A stretch of DNA of 46,389 nucleotides from Klebsormidium nitens (taxonomy: Eukaryota; Plantae; Klebsormidiophyceae), in the NCBI GenBank assembly GCA_000708835.1, contig DF237603.1, forward strand, positions 1 through 46,389, given 5' to 3'. Of the stretch, positions 24,552-37,000 are shown one piece after another. The notes under the pieces were generated by a model. That model had not been told where the DNA came from. It saw only the letters and a program-made list of their open reading frames with translations, and ran no database searches. The translations under genes and the position numbers were made by a program. Position 1 is the first letter of the stretch. Each line of letters opens with the position of its first letter.

Positions 24552-26061
24552 TTTTTCTAGGTTAGGGTTTTAGTGTTTGGTTTGAGCTTACTATTCCTAC
24601 CTCTTACTATTCCTAAACTGTGCCGTCATATCGTCACCCATGCATGATGAACTTGCGGAAGTGTATCATCATGGGCTCAACGTCAACTTTGCTCAACCAG
24701 GATCAAACTTTGAACTGTTCTTCAAGTTGTTGGCCGGTTTGAAAGTTTGGAGACGGATCGATTCAACGGCCATTGATGCGGACCCTTGCGTTTCAGACTC
24801 TGATGCGCTCTGGTGTGCATTCTGGAAAAGAGCATTATGGAATTACATGACTTAAGAGTAGCTTTAGATGTGACCAATAAATGATCATGGAGATAATTGT
24901 CTTGCTCAGCAGTACCGTTCAGGGCTTCGCCAGGCTTCAGATCAATCACCCGCAACTATCGATGTCTATGAGGTTGGCCCTTCGATTGTCTCAGCCTGTT
25001 CTTAGTTGATTTGACTACTTTAAGAACTACAAAATCATTCGCCAGTACTCTTGCCTACTGCGTAACTGAGTAGTCACATCGCCTTCGCGCAACGGCTTCT
25101 CCCAACGCAAGCTGATTCGCAACCGTTTCGCAAACAAGGCGTCACATCAAGGATTTATCGCGGACTACCTCTCTGCTGACCTGAGAATACGCCATACGGT
25201 TGCGCACAACATTAATTAACAGCTCAAAGCTTGATGCTAGGTATAGAAGGTAAATGGCAAGGGAAGTGTTCACTGAGCAAGGTGTTCACTACCATTCAGA
25301 AGCGCCCGGGCACCTCAACTAACAACCTAAACCCAAAAGGTTACGCGCTCTGCAACCCCTAACCCACCCAACCACCAAAGTAACCCTACCCGTTCCCCAA
25401 GTGTTGAACACTCCGTTTAGCAAGGACTTCCGTTACCGAAGCGTAGAAAGTGAGGCAGTCAGATACCTGTCATCTGTTGGTGTCCGAACTGACGACCGCA
25501 AACCTCAGAGATTGAAATTAGGTGGTATTTAATGATGTCCCGTTTATGGTCATCATGAGATCATGATGCCATTTCATGAGCAGCTGCCCCGACCGTCGAT
25601 CGTTCAGCCCGCGAACTATGGCCCTCAAATCGCTCCGGAAACTGCACCCTAGCGAACGTGGCGGCTCGGACTTGACGGACACCTTGTGAGGTGACAACTG
25701 TTCGGCATCGCACATACTTAACGATAATTGGACTTGCGGAAGCTAAGTGGGAATAAAGTCCTTGCTTCCAAGAGTATGCAGATCTAAGAGTAAGACTAGC
25801 CGATTCCTGGTAAATCAAAAAACTCCAGCTAAGACCCTTTCCTGAGCAGCTGGTTGATCAAACCTCGGGCTTTGAACAAAACGCCGAGACTTCTGCTTAG
25901 GGCGGCACATAGTGCGCTCAAAGAGGGCAACAGCCTTTCCATTCTTGAAGCTCCCTCCAAATATCAGACCTGCCTTTCAACTCCTGATATCCTTATGAGC
26001 AGTAGACATCCAGTCGCAAGATCCAGGGCTGCCTGCACTTCGTTCGCCGCTGGTCAACAGG

Positions 26062-28909
26062 ATGAACGGTCACGGACCCAATTGCAAAGCTCCAAAAGTA
26101 ACCGCCCGCGAGCGAGAGCCAAGATGGACTACCTTCTCCTTCTCGGTATTGTGCTCCCTTGTGATCGCGCTAATGATTGTTCTTACAGTCCAGCTCATCG
26201 TTCTGTCTTCGCGTCAGAATTTCTTCGCAAGCCGCGGGAATTGGCGGCCTAGCGAAAAACGTTTCAACGGAGAGGAAGGAGATTTGGAGAATGAGACGGA
26301 ATTCTTTACCGCAGTGTCAAGCTTGGAGGAGCAGATGGACAGAATTCATGAGATGCTGGCGGAGTTGCAGCTTGACACAAAGGTAAGCAGGCCTGGAGAG
26401 GTAGTTCTTCTTGCGAATCTAGTTGGGTTGCTCTTCTACCCTCAAACTCAACTCTGTTTCGAATCCGAGCGTTAATGGAGCATGAACGCCTTGAACCTTC
26501 AATGCTCACAAGTGCATGGAAGCAAAGAGGAGCTTATTGCAGTGGTTCGATCGGCCTATCTAGCGCTACTGCGCTCTCATTTTTCCGGGCCGTTAGGAAA
26601 TGGTAACACATTGTGCATCTTCGAGCGATCGAGCGATGTGATGTGACCGCCGCTCACCCTATATCTGCTAAAAGTGGTACCTTCAAATAGGCTTATTATT
26701 CTCAAATGCACTTGTTTCTGAAACTGGCAGGATTACCGAAAGTACACAAAGTCGCGCGCAATTTGAGCTCTCTCAAGCAACATACGGACACCAAGGTCCT
26801 ATCGCGCCCCCCACTTGGGCGTTCTTTACTCTTCGACATCAGACAATGACGACCGTTTGCTGAGACCAACCGTTCGCTCACCACTTTCTCTCGTTCTGAT
26901 CGCTCCTTAAAGGGATGCAAGAACTGTTCGTTTATCTGACGTTAGATAAGCACGGACATCCTGGGTAGTAGTAAAGAGTTCTTTGAAAGGACTGATCCGT
27001 TCACCTGATCACGGTCAGTTGATCTTAGCTTTGGAGGAATTTGAGCGATCTGAAAGGCATGTGATCCCACGAACGTGGCGTCGAGGCAGTCCAAACATCC
27101 TAATTTTGAATCAACACGCCGAATAAGGTCCCTTTCATTAGCACGGGAGGTTTTAGCCGTTCTTGAATCCTCTTGTTGCCCCTGCCAACTATTTTCAATG
27201 CTGAAGCCGAGCCGATCGACGAAGATGTTGCCGCAGAAGTGTACATCCATTCAATCATAACGGCAAGATGCACATGGCCAGATCTAAGGCCAAAACCCTC
27301 CAACCGCAGGCCGTCATCGAGCGCTCGCGGCCGCGGCGCGACCTGGAAAGCGCCCTCGAGGGACTGACGGAGGCCCTCCAAACCGACGACCGGTCGGCGA
27401 AAACCAACGTTTACCTGGGCGATGACGTCCTCATGAGCTACATCCCCTTCTTTGACACCCACTTCTTCCTCGACTCCCGGGACCGGGGCGTGACGCCGCA
27501 CTTGTGTCAAGGCACCGTGTGGGAGCAGGGGACCACGGAAGCGGTGCGCGCGCTCGTGCGCCCGGGGCAGAATGTAATTGACGTCGGCGCGTGCGTCGGC
27601 TGGTACACGGCGCTGTTCGCGCGCGCTGTGGGACCCACCGGGCGCGTTCTGGCGGTCGAGGCGAACCCCCGCCTGGCGGGCCTGCTCGCGCGCTCGGTGG
27701 AAGAGTACCGGACGGTGAGTGTCGTGAATAAAGCCGTCGGAAATGAAGACAAGAAGACGGTTTTCGTAAGTGACGATATGACGTGGGCCCCGGGGAATAC
27801 GGTCGGGGCGGCCGCGGGCGCGGGCGCGGTCCCGGTAACTTACGTGAGGCTGGACACGCTGCTACAAGAGGGACAGTGGGCGCGCGCGCGCGTGGACGTG
27901 ATCAAGATAGACGTGGAGGGACACGAATGGCAGGTAGGTTTTGCGTCTTCGTGTCCCTTTCTTTGTCATCATTTTCTGGTTTGTAGGTTGAGGACATTTC
28001 GACAACAAGCAATAGAAGGGTTCAACGAAAGTCGATTCAACTTGTATGTCTCGTCTACTTTCAGACTTTTTTTTAAAAGTTGGACTCACATGGCAGTCGA
28101 CTGTTGCGAGCGCGATGAGTTTGGGGCGACCTCGAACGTTCCCGAAGTTGTGGTCCATATATAGAAATAGAGAAGCAGAAGAAAAAGTCTTGGAGATATC
28201 AGCCAGCAAGGTTCAAATTCAAGCCTTACCCCGCAGGTTTGGCAAGGGATGCAGAAGACAGTAGCGGCGAACCCCAACCTCGAAGTCTTTCTTGAGGTGG
28301 GTATGCATTCCCATCCGCGCTAGTATTGAGGCGACAAAGCCGATAGCACCGTGTGCAATGCTGCCATCCGTGCGTGGCATTCTCATCTGGCACGAAAGAT
28401 GAAGCTGCGACTCAAAGCCAGCCCAGACTTAATGTATCCTCTACTAAGATTACGTTTTCTGTGGGACTCTTCTTCTCGATCTCGCGTTCCAAAGAGACAT
28501 TCCCACAAGTCAATCAACGGCGTCTTTTCCGAGCATGGCTGCCTGCCGTTCTTTGAGAGAGTCTACCTCTGCCTCGGTCCTCGCCACAATTTCGAACGGC
28601 GGAGGCATTCGATGTGATTTGCTGCCTCATCTACCAATACTACCTTGAACAAGTAATGAATAATGATCAAGCCCAAAATAAAAACGCCGTTCGCGTCTTT
28701 TCCTCCAGATTAACGTGCGGCGCGACATCATCAACGGGATTGATCCCATCGAGTTCTACGACGACCTTCAAAGAAAGTTTGAGAACATGTTTACGATTAA
28801 CCCAGACGACGGCCTGCTGGTGCACACGAGCCCGTCCGAGCTGCTTGAAAGTACAGGGAATGTCCTTCTCTATTTGAGCAACCAGCCACTTTCGGGACTT
28901 GACGAATGA
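26062..28909 (+). CDS. FkbM-family (class I SAM-dependent) methyltransferase with N-terminal transmembrane anchor and stem, 4 exons, ~401 aa
   Basis: Exons 26062-26382, 27310-27933, 28237-28296, 28709-28909, all phase 0 and GT-AG; the acceptor at 27310 is the least certain. Motif I VIDVGACVGWYT, VLAVEANP, NKAVG, RLDTLL, VDVIKIDVEGHEWQVWQGM...FLE are typical FkbM motifs. Hydrophobic stretch FSFSVLCSLVIALMIVLTVQLIVLS is followed by a coiled-coil-like VSSLEEQMDRIHEMLAELQL. Confidence 0.88.
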
Positions 28910-30770
28910 AGGCGCTGACACCAGTTTGAAAAAGCTGGCTTAAGATTGTTTGTTGATTCGAATGTTAGGGGTTTACTGTCGTCTTATGATTGCTGACTCG
29001 CCTTCGTCAACAAAACACTCTACGATATGCAGCAAAGTATTCGATAATGCTAGCAGGCGAAGTAGACAGAAACATTATTTTTGCCGCCTCGCTTTGAATA
29101 CAGCTTCGTTTCGTAGACCCATTGTTTGCTGTTACATTGCTCAAAAGCTTTAAATCAGAGCATGTGCGCCGATTTGATAATGACCTGATCTGTGTTAGCG
29201 CAACACGCTATTACAATTCCGTCTGAAAGAAGCAAGTCTAGTGATAATCACGAGAAGGACTTGTCAAACAGCCGCCGCCATACGCGTCGACTGGCATGGC
29301 GCATATTCGTAAATGGATGCATAACATGATACAAGTTCTGCACAAATTGGTGCACGCGCTTTCCTTTCATCTCCGCCTCTGCCAAATCAAAGTGTTCAGC
29401 AAGCAGGCTTTGCGTTTTTTGACTTCGCATATGCACTGATGCCGAAAAGGACGCACGCAGGCGCCAACTCCGAACCTGCTTAAAACCCACATTGAGCTCG
29501 AGACAGGGCAGACAAAATTGCGACTTCTTGGCAAAAAGCGATTTCAAACGCTTGCTTCGAGTTTCGCCCGGCCCTCTTCCTAGCACCGGCCGAAAGTGCA
29601 CGAATTTGCGAGCTCATGACAGATGGTGTTTGTTTCGCATGAAAAAATCGTTGCGTCTGCTCTTGTGTGCGCCTGGTGCAGTGGAAGCGTGCTTGCTCCC
29701 ACTTCGAGCGGCACGCCGCATCTGGCCGTGCGCTGCACTGGCAGGACTGCAGAATCGAAGGATCGGCTTCTTGGTTGTGGGCAGTGATCCTGCTGGTACA
29801 TACATACATCACATAATAAAGCCCGTACCAAGGCATGGGGCTTGATTGAGTACATGTGGTTGGGGACTCGACTCGGTTGCGATCGACCTCTGCCAGAGGG
29901 CCGCGCGGATACGAACGGTCCGCCTAGGCTCGCATGCGTCAAGGCGCTCAAAAATTCCGTATGCTGGATAATAAAGTTAAGTGCGCATTCCGCGTCGCGG
30001 GAACGCTTCACCGGGCTGTAGTGTTGTTCGTGGCGCGCACGGCCAGGCCGCAACCTCAGCTATATGTTCAGCAAGGCCGGGTTTCACGTCGTCATAGAAT
30101 ATCTTCGATACACTAAGCTCAATTTAAGCGGCAGTAGACTTGAGTCGATGCATTTCATTAGCGAGGACGGACGGCCTCACATGGAACACCTTATACGTCA
30201 CTAATTCACTGGTTTGCGGCAGCCGCCCGGCACATTGATCGAGCCTAATACGTAGGCACATCAGGTCTACGACATGGCAGCTTACAGCCCAAAGGTAGCC
30301 TGAGATGAGTGATGTCACCCTCTTCACTGAGCTTCTTAGATTCATGGACCAGTAGGCCCGCCGAAGCGGTTATGCATCATGTATTGCGAGATTTACTGCA
30401 ACAACCCTTCGCTTTTTAGCACAGCCAATCAGAAACGGATTCAGATTAGCTTCTAGATGGTGTGGAACTTCTTTGAACTGACTCTTTGACTTTTACGAAC
30501 TGCCCTGTACCTGTCACCTTTACCGTCCTCTACAAGCTGAAAGATGGGCTATGCTTTGAAGTACAGGAGCTAGCTTTCATTAGCGAGCTACGCCCCGATC
30601 AGGAGTGGGATATGCCCACTTGATTATCATTTGTCTCTACGGCCTTAACAATCACACTCCCGCCAAATTCTATGTACAGGAAAAAGAGCAGCTCGCCCGT
30701 GTCTGTTGCTGCACTTTCCATCACAAAGCTTTCTAAACAGCGTGTCGCTTGAGCGACCAAAAGTGGACCT

Positions 30771-33672
30771 TCAAGCTTCCGACATCTCTGCTAGCCGCTT
30801 TGCTAGTTCCCTAGGATCCGCCCCTTGGAGTTCGCTGACCACCTTGCCGGCTTTGTAGAACCGAAATGTCGGCTGCAACAGGGAGACGCCAAAGCATGTC
30901 TGAGTCGTAGAAAGCGAGCGTGCTTGGCAGCCCACTCCAAGCAGAGCTTTCCACTGTAAAGCTCAGGAAAGAAGCCAAGGTTGTCAACTGGGCACTGTAC
31001 TGCCTAGGATTGAGACCCTGTCGACTGTTTGCAATTCAAACCTCGAAGTAGTAAAACCAAGGGAGCGGGTCCGAGCATGACTTGGCTCACGACTAGACAT
31101 CGGCCAGCCAAGTCTTCCGAAAGACAGGCTTTGACATGGTTTCCAGCATCTGCAGTCAGAGCGTCGCCAAAAGGTCTGATCGGAAACTGATGCGGAGAGC
31201 CAGGATCTTCCGGAATTCCAAGCGGGGAGGAATTGTTAACGTGGGCACATGAGAATAGCGTGCGGTCACTTCAAGGTCAAAGAAGAGCTGACAGATTTTA
31301 GGTTTTGCTTACCACTGCGCTGACTTCGGCATCCCGCACCGTTTTACTCAATTTGGGCTGCAAAGAACATACGTAGAAACGACGAGTAAGCAAAGGGGAG
31401 AGTTGACCAGAGATACACTCAAGGACTAGTCCCGCAAGCCCCAAGTCTGAACGATTATCCTGAGCAATGTTGACACTCAAAAGAAGTTCCGCTTTTCAGC
31501 CCTTCAATGCAATCAAAACCATTGCCTGCACAGCCCGCCAAGTTACAAGCGGCTGGTTATGAGGCTTCCGAAATTTCGTAGCGAGAGATGGCCTTTACAA
31601 TGTACTCTTTTCACACGTTCGTAGCAGTCTAGCATCAGTCTTTCGTCAGCCTGCCTTAAGACTAAGGTAGATCAACCTGGCGCACTCGGTGTGGACAAGC
31701 GGACAGCGATGCTTGAAAGTAACTAGGATGGCGGATACTGACCTCGTCGATGTCGATTTGCAGAATCTTCACGTGCTCGAGGCGCTTGCTCAGCTCGTCC
31801 AAGTAGGGCGCAATCATCCTACCTGTCAGTAAACGGTGAATGGAAAGGTTTTAGGAGTCGTTCTTGCTTGAAAAGTCAGCTTGGTCTGAGACTGGGAACT
31901 TAAACGATCTGCCTGCGGAAGAACGATCTCCAGCGGTGGTACATTGTCATTCCTCAATGACCAGACCAATGTGAACGAAAAGCAGATTCTGCAGAGGTAG
32001 CTTTTGTTCTATCAGCATCAAAACGAGATTCGAGGCGTTCGGATGGTCGTCAAACCTACGAGGTGCTTGCGAAGGATCAACCATTTTTCAGCAAACCGGA
32101 TCTGGGTTACAGAGTCTCGACCAAGAAGAAGCGAGAAGGACTGGTAGTTTCGGATGCTCACATGGACCGCACCACTGGGCTGTGAACTGCGTCAGGACGA
32201 TGGGTGGGGGGCTCCCTGAGTCTGCAAACAAAATACAGGGCATCACGGAGCAAATCTTGAATTCATGCGACTAACAGTTATCCTAGGTAAGACTAGGTAA
32301 GATTATGGGACAGAAATACATCACTGGATCTCGTAACAATTCCACATTGTTGGCCCTAATCATGATGGTACTGTGATGTCAGGTACTTGCGACCAAAAGG
32401 TGGTTGTGACGCGCATCTGCACGAACCTCATGGAATACAAGGGCAGACACACCCTGCTGAGCAAGGCCGACAAACCGTTGCTGACCTGAAAAAGTCGATT
32501 GCCGCTAAAGGAGTGACGGCCAAGCCAGCTGCCGGGAACAGCAGAAATGAAACTGGAAATGTGGATGTTCAAGTGGAGTTGCGCGAACAAGCAGCGAGCT
32601 TTTGGGTCTGAGCAAAGAAGTAGAGGAGCAGGAACGAAGGAGCTAAAGTTAGGTGGGGGCGCATACCTGTGGGAGCCTCCCATGCTCTCTTAAGTTCCTT
32701 CTCATATTCTTCGTCGCTCTTCACAGCGTGTACCTTCGAACCTTCCCCGGCTGGAACAGCTGCAAGTGGAAAAGTTTCCAACAGTCAATTGGAATCTTCT
32801 CGGGTGGATTGCTGCCCGACAACGGTGCGCTGGCGGTCACGAGGAGGGTCAATGTTTGATTGTGCTAAGAGCTGTCGTCTCACTGAAGTCTGAGTCTACA
32901 GTTGACTCACACATTTATGCCTTTCAAAGTGGGCCACATGGTCCAGGCTGCCCGAGAAAAAGAAGAGCAAAGGTCTCCAGAAGACAATTCTTGAGGCACA
33001 AATCCAAAGCATGCATGGATTCAACGGAGACGACGCTCCAAAAATGATCTCTCACTAATCCTCAAAAGTTGGATGAGCCACATCTTCCCTTGTCGTGACT
33101 GCCACATCAACAATTCAAAATGGTCAACCAGGGATCCTTCATCGCATGCACTCTGCTGAAAGATGTACCTCAATTGGAAATGGAAGCACTGTGTATGATA
33201 AAAAGTTGGTAAGCCTGCCTGCCTGCCAAAAGCTCTATTTAACATGCAGCTAGCGGCGCCTCAGCCAGTGGTGCACCAGGAAAGTCCCACTAGTGAAAAG
33301 CAGCATTGTAAGACTACTCAAGTCTCTGCAATGCTTGAAAGATGGTGAACAAGGTTTTCTCCGCTCACCACTAAAAGACCGAGCCCCTACACTTCCTTGC
33401 ATCCAGCATCCAATCTGCATCCTACTGCGAATCATCGCGTCACTTTGCACCACCGCGTCCATCAGAGGCACCAGGCAATCGCTCCCACACCGGAGCACGC
33501 TCTGACCGCTCAGAGACTCCCCTGAGGATTCTGCCAGACCCTGCATCGAGCCGCGCACTGCATTTGATGCTGCCGGGACATGTGATACACGTGAAGCGCA
33601 GCAGTGCCCTTGCAGACGGAAAAGCTGGCTGAGCGTTCGCTGCGCCTGGTGCATGACTTCCCTGCCTGCCAT
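30771..33672 (-). CDS. TRX-o: Thioredoxin, o-type (mitochondrial), ~227 aa (260 aa with optional exon)
   Basis: Minus-strand exons 33672-33369, 32759-32667, (optional 32485-32387), 32221-32162, 31822-31743, 31357-31313, 30872-30771 splice in frame. Product: ...SKVHAVKSDEEYEKELKRAWEAPT...IVLTQFTAQWCGPCRMIAPYLDELSKRLEHVKILQIDIDEPKLSKTVRDAEVSAVPTFRFYKAGKVVSELQGADPRELAKRLAEMSEA*. WCGPC is split by the intron at 32162/31822. The ~100-aa exon 1 ends in RSFS (presequence-cleavage-like). The DIDExxxSxT...AVPT insert resembles plant Trx o. Confidence 0.92.
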
Positions 33673-34019
33673 GTTTCCACCTTCCTTCAGCTCTGGGGTT
33701 CTTCTAAGTGTTCTGCAGCAAGCGGAAGGGGCGCTGCGTGCTCAATGCCAGCCGAGCAGCTTCTTGCACTGATCTTAATTGCTGAAGATTTCAGCGCCTG
33801 GCGTTGCCTGCCCCTCAAGTGACGGAAACGAGAAATATGTTGAGGGTGTGAATAGCCCGTTGAGGAATTTGCAGTCCATGCGGTGTATTCCATGTAGACT
33901 TTTTGAAAGTATTCACATGGGCATTCTCAAGTTTTGTTGGCCTTCATGCTTGGAGTCGCACCTGGTCCTCAATCACGATTCATGGGTTCATTCAACTTGA
34001 TCAACTTGCAGGAAGGGTC

Positions 34020-37000
34020 ATGGCGTCTGATCCTGGCAGGGCGTCCAGTTCTGAGCTGCATGCAACTGGCTGGCCCCAATTGCCAGAAGGGGCAGGGAAC
34101 AGCACGTCCCGGACAGCGCCTCCAGGGTTTTCCACCAATTCATCAGCTGACGGCAACAAGGGTGCAACAAGAGTTGACGGATCAGAATTGGTAGCTGAGG
34201 GGAAAGCTAGGATGGGAGGAAACAGGGAAGGGCCGGGAGCGGGGCCTCCAGGGTTTCACAACCAGCCTGGGTCTGGAAGGGGGAAGCGAGATTATGAGGG
34301 GTCCGCTGCTTCGCAGGGTGGATTGTCAAGTAGGGGGAGGGGAAGCAACAGAGGCGGGGGTTTTCCAGCGGGTGGTGGCATTGCGCGGGAGAATAACCCT
34401 GGCCAAGGCTCTCCCAATGTAAACAGGCCTGGTGTGAACGGGCCTGGTGTGAACGGGCCTGGTGCGAATGACCGCAGCTCAACCAGTACAGGAAGCTCGG
34501 GGAGCATCCTCGGCACACCTGGCATTCAGAGTGGCCAAGGACAGCAAAGAATGGAGAGGCGCAGTGGACTTGGTATCACTGGGTTGGATGCGAACGAGGC
34601 TGGAGGCCAGAATGGTCCGTATGGTCGCGTCGACGACAGCTACGGGAAGAGGCATGGCGCGAACGGCCCTCGACATCAGGAGCCCCGCTTCAATCAGAGC
34701 CACCAGACAGGGTGGGTGGAAAACCCTGCCACTAACGGGCATCCACACGAAAATGCTGACGGAGGTGCTGAGAGTGCGCGTGGGACTGCGCAAGGTTCGG
34801 ATGAAAGCCAGGGTGCGCAGCAGGGGCGGAGAGGCGGCCGAGACCGGCGGCAGGACCGGAGGAACCGTTCGGACGCCAGCGGAGGCAGCGTCCGGAGCGG
34901 CGCCTCGGTCGAACCGTCCGAAGAGCCGCGCGAGACCGGAAGCGGAGGTGGTTTGCAAGCGACGGGGTGGGAGGAAGCGTCGGTCGCAAATGCTAGCGGG
35001 ACCGGTCAAGTCGCCACCACTTTAACCATGCACAAGCCTTCAGAACTGGGTGCGAAAATGGACGAGGGTTCCGATGCACGGCCTACGGGTTGGGGGGGTG
35101 GACCGGAGCAGGCGGCGCTGCCCCCCGTTGCAACGCGTGACGCTCCCGGAGGGTCCGATTCGGGCAGCTCGGTTTCGCTCGCTTTTCGGCAGAAGAAGAG
35201 GGGGGGGCAGGGGGGCCGGCAGCAAGGTGGGCAGCAAAATGCGATTGGGGGCGGAGAGATGAGAAACCAGAGGGACAATGTGAGAGAGCAAGGCAAGCAA
35301 GGCGGTGTTACTGGTGGAGCAGTTTCAGGGAAGCAGGCTGGGGGGGTGTCAAGAGCCACTGGATGGATTGACAACAGTGGGAGGGAGACGGCAGAGGCGA
35401 CGGCTGGGAGTGCAAGATCCGCCACCAAGGGGGGGATGAGAGGTGAGGAAGCAGTAAGGCAGACTTTGGCCCCCCCAAACGTGGAAGACGCGGCGGTGAT
35501 TCGATCGACCGGGTGGAGTGGAGACATTGGGGAGAGTCAGGGGGAACTTTCTGTGGGGAGTGCGAGGCCGATACCGACAGGAGGGGGAAGGGGCGCAAAT
35601 AAAAGAAGGCAGACTGTGCCTCCCCAGGACATACGGAAGGAATCAGCTGGAGAAGGATTACAGAGTGTGGCGCATATGGGGAATGCGCCGACAGGCTGGG
35701 AAACGGATCCCGCAGGCGGTGCATCTCCTGAAGCACAAAAAGATGGTTCAAAGGCGGGAAGGAAGGGCGGGAGGGGACCTACGAAGCAGGTGATGCCGCC
35801 CCAAGACATCCGGAAAGAAGCGGCAGTGCGGCATGGCCCCCCAGGTTTCAACCAAGGTGTCCGGAACGAGGTGCGGGCCCAGGACCCCTCCCCAATTCTG
35901 ACTCGAGATGCACCCCCCCGTTCCGGTGAAGATGGCGCCACCGGATGGACCGAGCAAAGCAGCGGTGCACTTTCTGGACCGTCTGTCAGTGATGCTGACT
36001 CGAAAATGAAGGGGCAGGTGGGGCCGTCTGGTTCAAAGAAGCAGCTTCCAATGGCCCCACAGGACATCAGGAGAGACTCGGCGCATCGGGTTACCCCCCG
36101 AGAGGCGCGAGCGCAGTCGGCCCAGCCCAATCTTGTCCAGGACGTCAGGAAAGAGTCAGCCCAGCCCGTGGCTTCTCGTGATGCAGAGAAAAGAGCGGCG
36201 CAGGCTGCCCCCCTCCAGGACGCGAGGGGAGGAATGGCGCAGGTGGGAGAGAATCAGCCGGTGGCGTCAATTGGACAAGCTCCGGGTTGGGAAGCTCGGA
36301 CACCGCTTGGGGAGCCAGTTTTGCAGACGCCGGTTGGACAGGCGAAGGTCCCGGTCCAAGATGTTCGGACGAGAGGGCCTCAGACGGGGTCGAGCACGCA
36401 TGGTCGGGATCGAGCCCCGCCCGCAAACCGCATGCCTCCGCAGAACGCCGCTCCACAGAAAGACGAAAGGGGCTTCCCGAGAGAACAGCAGCCGCGCTCG
36501 GGAGCTTTTCCGAAGCGAGAGCCGGCTCCAAGGGAGGAGCGAGGTGGGGGGTCAGGAACCGGCGGTCGAAGAGAACCGGCTGCAGCGCTTTTGCCAAGCC
36601 CACAACTCACAAGCACCGGGCTCTCTGTAGGAAGTGAATCGGCCCCACTTTTGCCAAACCCGCAACCAACTGGCTGGACGAACCCCCCAGAAAGTGTGGA
36701 AGGTCCCCATTCACACCAGGCTGCCCCGAGGCGAGGGATCCTAGGCGCAATGCCCCCCTCGAGAGCATCGGGCCGGAGTTCCGACAGCAGCGGACAGAGC
36801 TCGGATGGGAGCACCCCACGTCACCGTCCGAAGGGGGGCAGATCGGAGCGCACGCAAGAGACACAGTCGCACGCTTCTGACGGGCAGGAGAGGAGTTGGG
36901 TTTCTGGGGGTGTGAATCCGACGGCTCCGGTGGGGAGTTCGGGTGGTCCGGGTTCGTCTATGGGGGGTTCGATTGCCGCTGTAGGAGGTTCCGTTTTGTC

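Noticed and set aside
29248-30345. Several overlapping 60-157-aa ORFs between the FkbM and Trx genes
   Set aside because: No splice-consistent chain and no recognisable domain or coding bias; treated as 3'-UTR/intergenic sequence of two convergent genes.
30453-30548. Minus-strand PIFQLVEDGK...* segment resembling a second Trx terminal exon
   Set aside because: Only about 17/33 nt similarity to the real exon, no polypyrimidine tract before its AG, and a non-Trx tail; probably chance.
33903-34019. 39-codon N-terminal extension given by the ORF track (ATT start)
   Set aside because: Non-ATG start in T-rich, intron-like sequence ending in a CAG acceptor; ATG 34020 is preferred.
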